A stretch of 64,000 nucleotides of DNA from Antedon mediterranea (Eukaryota; Animalia; Echinodermata), in NCBI RefSeq assembly GCF_964355755.1, contig NC_092673.1, positions 25,912,269-25,976,268 of the forward strand, in the 5' to 3' direction. Position 1 is the first letter of the stretch. Every line of letters starts with the position of its first letter. A program made the position numbers and the translations under genes. The notes beneath the pieces are model-generated. The model ran no database searches and had not been told where the DNA came from. It saw only the letters and a list, made by a program, of their open reading frames with translations. This document shows positions 24,010 to 35,627 of this stretch, piece by piece.

Positions 24010-26335
24010 TAATAGATACGGTTCTAGGACACCTACCCCCTAGACAGTTACCCCCCGGATGTTTACCACCCGGACAACTACCCCCTTAGGACAACTACCC
24101 CCCGGACAACTACCCCCCGGACAACTACCCCCTTAGGACAACTACCCCCTTAGGATAACAACCCCCCGGACAACTACCCCCCGGACAACCACCCCCTTAG
24201 GACAACTACCCCCTTAGGATAACTACCCCCGGTCAACTACCCCCCGGTCAACTACCCCCCGGTCAACTACCCCCCCCCCCCCCATCCAAAAGTAGACAAA
24301 TATATAGGACCGGTTTCTGTAAAAATGAAATCATCTGTTTTTAACGGGTGTTTCGAAACTAGAGATCCGAGACCAGAGACCTGAAACGAGACCCAATACG
24401 AAAAGGGAGACCTATATTTGGGTCTCCCTTTTCGTATATTATTAGGGTCTCCCTTTTCGTATAGTGTGGTCTCTCTTTTCGTATAGTGGGGTCTCCCTTT
24501 TCTTATAGTGGGTCTCCCTTTTCTTATAGTGGGTCTCCCTTTTCGTATATTTGGGCCTCCCATTTTGTATATTTGGGTCTCCCTTTCGTATAATTGGGTC
24601 TCCCTTTTCGTATATTTAGGTCTCCCTTTTCGTATATTAGGGTCTCCCTTTTCGTATAGTGGGGTCTCCCTTTTCGTATAGGGGGTCTCCCTTTTCGGTT
24701 CTAGGACACCTACCCCCTAGACAGTTACCCCCCGGATGTTTACCACCCGGACAACTACCCCCTTAGGACAACTACCCCCGGACAACTACCCCCTTAGGAC
24801 AACTACCCCCTTAGGATAACAAACCCCCGGACAACTACCCCCCGGTCAACTACCCCCGGTCAACTACCCCCCCCCCCCCCATCCAAAAGTAGACAAATAT
24901 ATAGGACCGGTTTCTGTAAAAATGAAATTGTTTTTAACGGGTGTTTCGAAACTAGAGATCCGAGACCAGAGACCTGAAACGAGACCCAATACGAAAATGG
25001 AGACCTATATTTGGGTCTCCCTTTTCGTATATTATTAGGGTCTCCCTTTTCGTATAGTGTGGTCTCTCTTTTCGTATAGTGGGGTCTCCCTTTTCTTATA
25101 GTGGGTCTCCCTTTTCTTATAGTGGGTCTCCCTTTTCGTATATTTGGGCCTCCCATTTTGTATATTTGGGTCTCCCTTTCGTATAATTGGGTCTCCCTTT
25201 TCGTATATTTAGGTCTCCCTTTTCGTATATTAGGGTCTCCCTTTTCGTATAGTGGGGTCTCCCTTTTCGTATAGTGGGGTCTCCCTTTTCGTACGTGGGT
25301 CTCCCTTTTCGTATATTTAGGTCTCCCTTTTCGTATTGGGTCTCTGGTCTCTGGTCTCGGGTCTCTAGTTTCGAAACACCCGTTTTTAACCGATTATTCT
25401 GTTTAACAGCACGCTAGACCCTAGATGTGCTAGATTTAAAGTACCGTATTTATTGAAAAAACGGCCTGGGCTGTTTATTGTTTAGGTGGTTTTTAGGTGG
25501 ACATTTATTGGAAGAAAGTTGTTTATTCAATGGGAGGGGGTATAATCTAATGGAAATAGACGCCGATTATTCCATATGATGTTTCATGGGAGTGACATGG
25601 TCACCGTTTATTTGAGGGGAATTTATTTAAAGATCGACGTTTATTCGGTGAGTGAACATTGAGGTCAAATATCAAAAGTGATATTATTCTTCAAGTGTAC
25701 AAAAATACATATATGACAAATTTGAGACAAATATTAATTCTTTTAAGACCAGTGGTTATCGAAGCATTGTCCTGACGCAAAAATTATTATTATTATTAGC
25801 GATCCCAGTCTTTACAGTAAATACAGGGAGTACTATATAATACGTTCGACTATCCTATGATCATGTGTGACGATCTTCAGTTTATACCAGGCTATATTTA
25901 TGTTCAATCTTTTACTTTTGTTTACAATAATGAATAGTAATTCGTCAAAGTAACGAATTAAAATATAGTTATTAATTCCTATTATACACTGTTGCAGAGT
26001 CAGGTTGTTGAATGGTCTGGGTGGTTAGGGTGTTCTAAAGGGATAGTTTTCTGGGTGGTAATTGTCCGGGGGGTAATTGTCCGGGTGGTAATTGTCCGGG
26101 GGGTAATTGTTCCTAGGGGGTAATTGTCCGGGGGGTAGTTGTCCAGGGGGTAGTTGTCCTAAGGGGGTTGTTGTCCTAAGGGGGTAGTTGTCCGGGGGGT
26201 ATTTGTCCGGGGGGTAGTTGTCCTAAAGGGGTAGTTGTCCTAAGGGGGTAGTGGTCCAGGTGGTGGTTGTCCGGGGGGTAGTTGTCCGGGGGGTAAATGT
26301 CCAGGGGGTGAATATCCGGATACGATAGATACAAC
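24010..26335. mobile_element. Foldback-type element 2, about 2.3 kb. The arms are made of the 14-bp subrepeat ggacaactaccccc (24030-24290 forward, 26040-26330 inverted). The interior carries a tandem duplication of about 690 bp (24013-24705 and 24706-25395) holding (gggtctcccttttcgtata)n arrays bracketed by a shorter inverted repeat of about 70 bp
   Basis: gatacgg..ccggatgtttaccacccggacaactaccc at 24013 pairs with the reverse complement of ...gggtaaatgtccagggggtgaatatccggatacg at 26300-26335. ORFs 24267-24563(-) and 24860-25156(-) from the track are identical repeat translations (IRKGRPT...). The inner inverted pair is 24350-24420 against 25330-25395. Confidence 0.6.
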
Positions 26336-28019
26336 TTGTAAGCCTTATTAATAGTTATTGCCAACCTAGCTTTAAATAGGATTAGGCCTATAACATGCAT
26401 CTGTGAGCATGGAGTAAGGAATAAGGTTTTAGCATGGAGGTATAAAAATAAAATATTTTATACCTCCATGATGGTTTTATTGTGACTTGTGTGAATTTCG
26501 ACACCACCAACTCGTCTTATTTTTAGTATAATACTATAATATTAATAAGAGCAGCGAAACTCAAAAAGCGAAAACTTGTGAATGGCTGCCAAAAATAGAA
26601 AATAAGGTCACCACCAGGACCAGGAGAGATTATGGTGCTTGGTTTTTCCTTCATGATTAATTAGATTTTAATGCTAATATAAATTTGTGAAAATTGTAAC
26701 TAGGCCTATACTGTACATCCAATAATGTAATTATTTTAGAGAAAATGACCAAATAATCTAAGTTGAATATTTTTTGGAATGTGTACTTTACAGTACTTAG
26801 TACCGTTATGTTGAAAATTCTTCCAAAGCAATAACGTTCAAACCAACATTCACACAATTAAACTTTTTATGTACATATTTTAATAAATAATGTCTTTCTT
26901 TTAATAGGTATTAACACACTTGAATGAACAATATGAGCAAGTAGTGGAAAATGGTGAAGAAATCAACACAAAATGTGGTAGCAACATTCACAATATTTAT
27001 TTGAACGTTTCTTACTATGACACTTTAAAATGGATGAACAATCACAGAAGACAAGCTATTGCTGTAATGCCACAATCAACACATCAATTAATAGTTGAAA
27101 ATAAATTGTCAACAATAATGCAGAAATTCAATGAAATATACTAGTAATTAACTCATTTTTTACTGTACTGTACTGTAAATCTTCACACATTAAAATTATG
27201 GTGATTTTATTTCATGTACTGTAGTAGCATTTTTTTATTTATTTAATGCTGTATACAAATGTTATTGCTCTAATTATGAAAACTATACAACATTTTAAAA
27301 GCTGGAAAACAACCAACACATTTGCCTAATGCTTTATGATAGTCATCCAATATTTATCTTGTGTTCCACTACCGAGTCTACTGCCAGTTGCCTTTAAAAT
27401 GCTGTATGGGTGTAACTTCTGTTCCAGTCTTCATTAGCTTAAGTCTATAAATTGAAAAACAATGATGTATAAATACAAAAGTCAAATAGAAAAGTTAAAT
27501 ATTTCACAATTTATTGCATACATATAATTATTATTTCTGTACATGAATCTGAAGTTTTCAATTTGGGGTACTAATGTACAGTAAGGAATCCCTGAAAAGT
27601 GCATCTCCTCCCTAAAAAGGCCTAGTCTAATTACTAGTGTTTTCGTTTTGGTTGCTATCAACAACAATCTATTCTACCGTCAACTTCTTTGGTACTGTAT
27701 GCTGATCATTTTCCAAATGTTCGTTTTTTGTCATCAGTTAGTCTTTTTTAGACTTTAAAATTAATTCGAGCTCCAAATGTATATCAGTGGTACATCAACA
27801 TAGTAGGCCTATTTCCTGTAGCTAGTTGTGGAGTGATGGCTTAGCTAGGTGAGTACGACATATAGGACCTAGCTAGGCCTCAAAGTGGGTTCCCGTCTAC
27901 TTTTCTGACCCGATTATCTGCCTGCCTACAGCTGCTGCTACACTACACTACACAGTAGTAAACTACAGTACTAACTAGGACTAGGCCCTACTAGATAGTA
28001 TTAGTAGAAGTAGGCTTAT

Positions 28020-28440
28020 ATTACAACAAATAACATTAATGTACGATCCCGTTTTACACTGTTCTCAACTATAGTCATTTTGGTATACTTGAGCACAGTG
28101 ATAAAGAATAGGATAAACTTAATAATATACAACAAATAACATTAATGTACGATCCCGTTTAACACTGTTCTCAACTATAGTCATTTTGGTATACTTGAGC
28201 ACAGTGATAAAGAATAGGATAAACTTAACAATATACAACAAATAACATTAATTAATGATCCCGTTTAACACTGTTCTAACTATAGTCATTTTGGTATACT
28301 TGAGCACAGTGATAAAGAATAGGATAAACTTAACAATATACAACAAATAACATTAATGTATGATCCCGTTTAACACTGTTCTAACTATAGTCATTTTGGT
28401 ATACTTGAGCACAGTGATAAAGAATAGGATAAACTTATTG
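28020..28440. repeat. About 120-bp satellite, 3.5 copies, inverted relative to the 30240-32330 array
   Basis: caacaaataacattaatgtacgatcccgtttaacactgttctcaactatagtcattttggtatacttgagcacagtgataaagaataggataaacttaacaatata. Confidence 0.9.
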
Positions 28441-29429
28441 CAACTTGTCCATGTCGTATTCATCTACAAATAAAGTGTCTATTACCGTACTTTTAAAAAT
28501 CTATTTATATCAATACCTATCAACGTATGTACGTGTGCATATTATATATACAAAAATATATACATCAACATAAATGTCATATCATCTACAGTCATTAGTG
28601 TTATTTCACCTTTAATATTAGTAAATCCAAAGTATTTAATACTTAAATAATAACAATGCTGTGGTCTCAATGGAGATACAAAAAAAAGAAGCGAAAAGCT
28701 AAATCAAAACGAAATGTGCTAATGCGTATAGATATGCTGAGTGGTTTCCGAGAAATATGAGTACGCATAATATGGCCTTACGGAAAAGTAATACATACCA
28801 GGTCCCCAAAAATAAGACAAATAGATATGGAAACAGTGCAATCCCGTTTCTCACTCGCTGCCTCAACAGTATTGATTAAATAATAAAAGAAAATAAATGT
28901 ATAATGTAACCAGATATTAATTAATTTGACATATAGGCCTAGTAGAAATTTCTTGAATTTGACTCAATTTATTCTTAATTCTCATTTAATTTTGTATTTA
29001 ATGTTTTTGTAAATGTATAATTGTAATTATTTAATTGTCTGAAGTCGACTTTAATTAAGAAACCAATGTAAATACTGTACTGCAACTTAAATTTAAGATT
29101 ATATTTTTATACTGTAATTAAGTAATAATGTATATACTATATCCTTGCAATAAGACTATATTTTTTTAACTTTATGTTTACATTTACATATATTTTGTAA
29201 TTGCGATAATTTTGTTTAGGCCTAATGATGACTATTACTTTACTTGTCTTTTGAATGTATATTGTCCCTTACCATGCAATTCAGCAGATTTGCTGCCAAT
29301 TGGTTTGTTTTTAATAAAGAAAGAAAGAAAGAAAGATAAAGTAAAACAGACAGAAAAGTTAGCAGAGTTTTCGGGCAACACTAGCCCTTCATCAGTGCAA
29401 GTGAGGGTACCTGTACAAGATAGTGTTAT

Positions 29430-30230
29430 TTAACGTTTAGTCGATTTATATCAATACACTCATCAACATATGTACATGTAATTCACGTCTACAATCAATA
29501 GTGTTAATTCCACTTTTAAAAGTTTTATTTATATCAATATACTCATCAACATATGTACGTGTCCACGTCATATTCATCTATAAATATTAGTGTTATTTCA
29601 CTTTTAAAAGTCGATTTATCAATATACTCATCAATAAATGTACTTGTCCACGTCATATTCATTTACAAATCAGTGTTATTTCACTTTTCGAAGTCAATAT
29701 CAATATAGGCCTACTCATCAACATATGTACGTGCAATTCACGTCATATTTATATATGATCAATAGTAATAGTGTTATTTCACTTTTAAAAGTCGATTTAT
29801 ATCAATATACTCATCAACATTATGTACCGTACGTGTCCACGTCATATTCATCTACAAATATTAGTGTTATTTCACTTTTAAAAGTCGATTTATATCAATA
29901 TACTCATCAACATTATGTACCGTACGTGTCCACGTCATATTCATCTACAAATATTAGTGTTATTTCACTTTTAAAAGTCGATTTATATCAATATACTAAT
30001 CAACATATGTACGTGTCCACGTCATATTCATCTACAAATATTAGTGTTATTTCACTTTTCAAAGTCGATTTATATAAATATACTACTCATCAACATAATG
30101 TACGTGCAATTCACGTCATATTTATCTACAATCATTTGTGTTAATTCCACTTTTAAAAGTCAATTTATATCAATTACTTATGAACATATGTACGTGTCCG
30201 CGTCATTCATCTAGAAATATTATAGTGTTA
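29430..30230. repeat. About 90-bp tandem repeat, about 9 copies (aaaagtcgatttatatcaatatactcatcaacat(t)atgtac(cgtac)gtgtccacgtcatattcatctacaaatattagtgttatttcactttt)
   Basis: ORF 29638..30144 from the track is its periodic translation, so not a gene. Diverged copies lie at 28440-28640. Confidence 0.85.
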
Positions 30231-30239
30231 TTATGTTTT

Positions 30240-32330
30240 TCATATTATCACTGTGCTCAAGTATATGAAAATGACTATAGTTGAGAACAGTGTTAAACAG
30301 GATCGTGTACATTAATGTTATTTGTTGTATATTGTGCTCAAGTATACCAAAATGACTATAGTTGAGAACAGTGTTAAACGGGATCGTACATTAATGTTTT
30401 TTGTTGTATATTATTAAGTTTATCCTATTCTTTATCACTGTGCTCAATTATACCAAAATGACTATAGTTGAGAACAGTGTTAAACTGGATAGTACATTAA
30501 TGCTATTTGTTGTATATTGTTAAGTTTATCCTATTCTTTATCACTGTGCTCAAGTATACCAAAATGACTATAGTTGAGAACAGTGTTAAACGGGATCGTA
30601 CATTAATGTTTTTTGTTGTATAATTTTAAGTTTATCCTATTCTTTATCACTGTGCTCAAGTATACCAAAATGACTTTAGTTGAGAACAGTGTTAAACGGG
30701 ATCATACATTAATGTTATTTGTTGTATATTGTTAAGTTTATCCTATTCTTTATCACTGTGCTCAAGTATACCAAAATGACTATAGTTGAGAACAGTGTTA
30801 AACGGGATCGTACATTAATGTTATTTGTTGTATATTTTTAAGTTTATCCTATTCTTTATCACTGTGCTCAAGTATACCAAAATGACTATAGTTGAGAACA
30901 GTGTTAAACGGGATCGTACATTAATGTTTTTTGTTGTATATTGTTAAGTTTATCCCATTCTTTATCACTGTGCTCAAGTATACCAAACGACTATAGTTGA
31001 GAACAGTGGTAAACGGGATCGTACATTAATGTTATTTGTTGTATATTGTTAAGTTTATCCTATTCTTTATCACTGTGCTCAAGTATACCAAAATCACTAT
31101 AGTTGAGAACAGTGTTAAACGGGATCGCACATTAATGTTATTTGTTGTATATTATTAAGTTTATCCTATTCTTTATCACTGTGCTCAAGTATACCAAAAT
31201 GACTATAGTTGAGAACAGTGGTAAACGGGATCGTACATTAATGTTATTTGTTGTATATTATTAAGTTTATCCTATTCTTTATCACTGTGCTCAAGTATAC
31301 CAAAATGACTATAGTTGAGAACAGTGTTAAACTGGATTGTACATTAATGCTATTTGTTGTATATTGTTAAGTTTATCCTATTCTTTATCACTGTGCTCAA
31401 GTATACCAAAATGACTATAGTTGAGAACAGTGTTAAACTGGATCGTACATTAATGCTATTTGTTGTATATTGTTAAGTTTATCCTATTCTTTATCACTGT
31501 GCTCAAGTATACCAAAATGACTATAGTTGAGAACAGTGTTAAACTGGATCGTACATTAATGTTATTTGTTGTATATTGTTAAGTTTATCCTATTTTTTAT
31601 CACTGTTCTCAAGTATACCAAAATGACTATAGTTGAGAACAGTGTTAAACTGGATCGTACATTAATGTTTTTTGTTGTACATTTTTAAGTTTATCCTATT
31701 CTTTATCACTGTGCTCAAGTATATACCAAAATGACTATAGTCGAGAACAGTGTTAAACGGGATCATACATTAATGTTATTTGTTGTATATTGTTAAGTTT
31801 ATCCTATTCTTTATCACTGTGCTCAAGTATACCAAAATGACTATAGTTGAGAACAGTGTTAAACGGGATCATACATTAATGTTATTTGTTGTATATTTTT
31901 AAGTTTATCCTATTCTTTATCACTGTGCTCAAGTATACCAAAATGACTATAGTTGAGAACAGTGTTAAACGGGATCGTACATTAATGTTTTTTGTTGTAT
32001 ATTGTTAAGTTTATCCTATTCTTTATCACTGTGGTCAAGTATACCAAACGACTATAGTTGAGAACAGTGGTAAACGGGATCGTACATTAATGTTATTTGT
32101 TGTATATTGTTAAGTTTATCCTATTCTTTATCACTGTGCTCAAGTATACCAAAATTACTATAGTTGAGAACAGTGTTAAACGGAATCATACATTAATGTT
32201 ATTTGTTGTATATTGTTAAGTTTATCCTATTCTTTATCACTGTGCTCAAGTATACCAAAATGATTATAGTTGAGAACAGTGTTAAACTACATCGTACATT
32301 AATGTTATTTGTTGTATAGGCCCTATTGTT
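30240..32330. repeat. Satellite of about 17 tandem copies of a unit of roughly 120 bp (tatcactgtgctcaagtataccaaaatgactatagttgagaacagtgttaaacgggatcgtacattaatgttatttgttgtatattgttaagtttatcctattcttt)
   Basis: Head-to-tail copies with point variants. The same unit occurs in opposite orientation at 28020-28440 and 20700-21060. Confidence 0.9.
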
Positions 32331-32779
32331 AAGTGTATTCTTTATTCTTATTAATTGTACTAAATTATTAAAAGAAACAGTAGTAAGCATAACATTTCCC
32401 CACTCCTACATTAGCATGGTAGGGCATTGTAATGGTCGCAGGTGGCTCAACTTTATTACTGCAATGGGATGGACATGGTCCTACTACCACCTTACCATCC
32501 AATAGGATTCCAGTAAATTTCCTTTACTACCAATCATAATTCAGTAATTAAATGACCCCTTAAGTTAACAAGGAAATCAGCCTATCCCATTATACCGGTA
32601 GGCTTCGTCGTACAGGCGTACTGCGGTAATAGTTGAGAATTCTCTACTAGCCAATTTGGTATATTTTATATACCTGGTTATTATTAAAACATACACTGAC
32701 TGCGGTTCAGCACTACATTTACCACCACGTCGCCAAACCAACCCAACGCACCACCGGTTTTATAAACTAAATAATAAAA

Positions 32780-32911
32780 ATGCCTCTTGAATTTGAGTTA
32801 GCACCTGGTCGTAAAATTGGTGGTGATAATCCTTGTTTTATTATTGCAGAAATTGGCCAGAATCACCAAGGTGATATTGAAATTGCAAAACAGTTAATCA
32901 AAGTCGCAAAG
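32780..32911 (+). CDS. NANS: Sialic acid (N-acetylneuraminate-9-P) synthase exon 1: MPLEFELAPGRKIGGDNPCFIIAEIGQNHQGDIEIAKQLIKVAK
   Basis: ATG at 32780 and donor AAG|GTAGGC. Near-identical to the human NANS N-terminus (MPLELELCPGRWVGGQHPCFIIAEIGQNHQGDLDVAKRMIRMAK). Confidence 0.9.
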
Positions 32912-33109
32912 GTAGGCACCACCTCTCTCTGCTCTCCTCTGTCCATGAGATAATTGGCACTCAAAACACCGCCGGCTCCCGGTGGTGATATACTGTATAT
33001 AAGTTGCCCGGTCTTTACTACGCCTAGCTTAGCTAGAAGTAGTAGGCTAATCTAAAACAGTGACAGTCATATTTGCTAATGTATTTAATTAAAATCTGAA
33101 ACAAATTAT

Positions 33110-33213
33110 ATTAATTATCAATTTGATAAATTATATTCATTATTTTTATCTCAATTTTATTCATTATTTTTATCTCAATTTTATTCATTATTTTTATCTC
33201 AATTTTATTCCAG
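33110..33213. repeat. 24-bp x4 minisatellite (ttattcattatttttatctcaatt) forming the 3' end of NANS intron 1. The last unit supplies the polypyrimidine tract and AG acceptor of exon 2
   Basis: Direct reading. The array abuts exon 2 at 33214. Confidence 0.9.
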
Positions 33214-33429
33214 GAAGCAGGAGCAGACTGTGCCAAGTTCCAGAAAAGCGAGTTGGACTTTAAATTCAACAAGGCAGCATTAGCTAAACCATACACTTCT
33301 AAACATTCCTGGGGCAAAACTTATGGGGAACACAAACGGTTCTTGGAGTTCAGCCATGACCAGTACAGGCAATTGAAGGCATATGCGGAAGAGCTTGGAA
33401 TATTTTTTACAGCATCTGGCATGGATGAA
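33214..33429 (+). CDS. NANS: NANS exon 2: EAGADCAKFQKSELDFKFNKAALAKPYTSKHSWGKTYGEHKRFLEFSHDQYRQLKAYAEELGIFFTASGMDE
   Basis: Acceptor ttattccag lies at the end of a 24-bp x4 intronic minisatellite and the donor is GAA|GTAATA. This is the frame of ORF 33253..33498. It matches human ECGADCAKFQKSELEFKFNRKALERPYTSKHSWGKTYGEHKRHLEFSHDQYRELQRYAEEVGIFFTASGMDE. Confidence 0.9.
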
Positions 33430-33616
33430 GTAATATATACATACCAAATTTATGATATTAGGAAAAATAATGAAATTCAATATTTTTTTATATTTTAATT
33501 TTAATCAATTAATTTAAACCTATGGAGTACACAAAATCCATTGAAACTGTACTATATACAATTGGCCAACCCTGTCCTCTTTATATTAAAAAATAATATT
33601 TTCTTTTTTTTAAAAG

Positions 33617-33769
33617 GCTGCACAAGAATTCCTCGATGAGCTTAATGTACCATTTTTCAAGATCGGTTCTGGAGATACGAATAATTTAAAATTCCTTGCT
33701 AAGTCAGCTAAGATGGGCCGTCCAATGATCATATCATCAGGAATGCAAACACTTGAGACTATGAAAAAA
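33617..33769 (+). CDS. NANS: NANS exon 3: AAQEFLDELNVPFFKIGSGDTNNLKFLAKSAKMGRPMIISSGMQTLETMKK
   Basis: Acceptor tttttttaaaag| and donor AAA|GTAATT. It matches human MAVEFLHELNVPFFKVGSGDTNNFPYLEKTAKKGRPMVISSGMQSMDTMKQ. Confidence 0.9.
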
Positions 33770-34007
33770 GTAATTATAACTAAATAATGGAATACCAATA
33801 GTAAGAGGGAAGAGTAAGTTTAAACACTACATCCATCCTCTATTCATGAGACATTCTTATTAAGGGGACAATTGTGAAACAAACAAATACAATGATTTAA
33901 CACTACAGCTACTGTGTCCCCTTTTCAGGAGACACCCCTATTAGATGTTCAACTGCAAGTGTAATATTAACATAATTTCACATATTATATGCTATCTTTT
34001 TTTTTCA

Positions 34008-34109
34008 GGTATACAAAACCGTAAAACCTTTCAACGAAAACTTCTGTTTTCTTCAATGTACCAGTGCTTACCCTTTGGCTCCCGAAGATGTACATCTGCG
34101 AACAATGGA
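34008..34109 (+). CDS. NANS: NANS exon 4: VYKTVKPFNENFCFLQCTSAYPLAPEDVHLRTMD
   Basis: Acceptor tttttttttcag| and donor GAT|GTATGA. It matches human VYQIVKPLNPNFCFLQCTSAYPLQPEDVNLRVIS. Confidence 0.85.
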
Positions 34110-34609
34110 TGTATGAACAATTTAATATTATATTTCAAATATTATTATACACTAGTAATGCAGTTTTAATTTCACAATGGTGCAAACTCATTTCATTTAT
34201 TTCATTTATTCCACATTTATTTAGTCATCAATTACAGTACATCATAATTACAGTACAACTGAAAACAGGGATCCTGCATAAAAAAGCTGTAGCTTCGATT
34301 TTTTGTAGCCTGACCCTTTTACATAAGAACAAGTATATACTGTAGAGCTTAAATAAAACAAAGGTGTTTCTCCAGAATAAACTAATTTAAAGATACATAA
34401 TAACTTCTTAAATTCTACTAGCCATGTTATTGCAAATGTTGGTGTAGCAAAACACATTTATTTTGCTATTTCTTAAATTCAACATTTCAGGATTTTTATT
34501 CATTGTGTTGCTTTTTCACAGAATACATACAGACACTACAATAGAATTTCAAAAAGCATTCACACATTATAGTACAACTTTATCAAATGCAAATTTTCTT
34601 GTGTAATAG

Positions 34610-34769
34610 GTTTATCGTAAAGAATTTCCAGACATTCCTGTCGGCTATTCAGGTCATGAAAGTGGTATGACCATAACAATTGCAGCTGTTGCCATGGGTG
34701 CAAAGGTTGTAGAGAGACACATAACGATGGACAAATCATGGAAGGGAAATGATCACGAAGCCTCTCTAG
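34610..34769 (+). CDS. NANS: NANS exon 5: VYRKEFPDIPVGYSGHESGMTITIAAVAMGAKVVERHITMDKSWKGNDHEASL(E)
   Basis: Acceptor gtgtaatag| and the exon ends CTA G|GTAACT, carrying 1 nt. It matches human EYQKLFPDIPIGYSGHETGIAISVAAVALGAKVLERHITLDKTWKGSDHSASL. Confidence 0.9.
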
Positions 34770-35249
34770 GTAACTATCTTACGTCACGCCATGGTGATTT
34801 GTTTATCTACATTGTCGAGCATTTTTCATCATCATCTTCCTATACCCATTTGAGTACAGTATAGTCGCACATGGTTGAATTGAATTGTTATGTTCAGTGG
34901 CTGTACACCGGGGTTACCACCATTCGTTTTCGAAAGATGTACCAGGTTCTTTAAAGTGCATATGAGCTAGATGTGTACACTGGATCTACAGTTTATATCC
35001 TATGCTTATCCGAGAAGACTCATTCTACCACCAAAACCATGGAGCAAGTGAGCCTCGAACCCTTGCCGATGTTATGGCTACGTAATTACAGTTCCACTGT
35101 CTTCCCTGCTAGGCCACTCACTCGCACATGTTTTATTATTAATAATAATAATAATAATATAATAATAATAATAATAATATAGTAAGTAATGTAGAAGAAT
35201 AAATATAAATAATAAAGTAAATTGAACAAATATTTAAACTTTTTTTTAG

Positions 35250-35356
35250 AACCGGATGAGTTGACTGACCTCATCAAACAAATCCGAATTGTAGAACGTT
35301 CGTTTGGGTCACTTGTGAAGGAGATGAGAGAATGCGAACTGCCCACATACAACAAA
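35250..35356 (+). CDS. NANS: NANS exon 6: (E)PDELTDLIKQIRIVERSFGSLVKEMRECELPTYNK
   Basis: Acceptor tttttttag|AA completes GAA and the donor is AAA|GTAAGT. It matches human EPGELAELVRSVRLVERALGSPTKQLLPCEMACNEK. Confidence 0.85.
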
Positions 35357-35627
35357 GTAAGTTTTTGTGGAAAATCGGCCTAATATAATCACATAATAAA
35401 ATATTAAATCAGCATTAGCAAAATATTGTATGTTGTGCAAACCTTGGTCAGGATTCAAGCCCATATCTTCAGTTCAATAGCCTGGAATCCTACCTCCTAA
35501 ACCATAGATTGCATCTCATTACTAAAGGATGCTTATAAGCAAAGATATCGTAGTCCAAGAAAGTTTTGTTTTACCTGAATCATATAAATTAACAACCTCA
35601 CCATTATTGTGTTTTTTATTTTATTAG

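Noticed and set aside
24267-25156. Two identical 98-aa ORFs on the minus strand (…IRKGRPTIRKGRPT…)
   Set aside because: They are periodic translations of the (gggtctcccttttcgtata)n arrays inside the duplicated foldback unit. They have no start context and are low complexity.
26920-27144. 74-aa ORF (MNEQYEQVVENGEEINTKCGSN…KFNEIY) preceded by a ttttaatag acceptor-like site
   Set aside because: With stop-codon frequency of about 7.5% in this composition, some 25 or more ORFs of at least 75 codons are expected by chance in 64 kb. It has no recognisable domain and no supporting partner exon, so it is kept as unassigned.
29638-30144. 168-aa ORF with repeated VISLLKVDLYQYTHQHYVPYVSTSYSSTNIS blocks
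   Set aside because: It is a translation of the 90-bp tandem satellite, so the periodicity is the DNA repeat and not a protein repeat.
32755-32779. tttataaactaaataataaaa immediately upstream of the NANS ATG as a TATA box
   Set aside because: It is only about 20 nt from the ATG and is indistinguishable from background AT-rich sequence, so it is not called.
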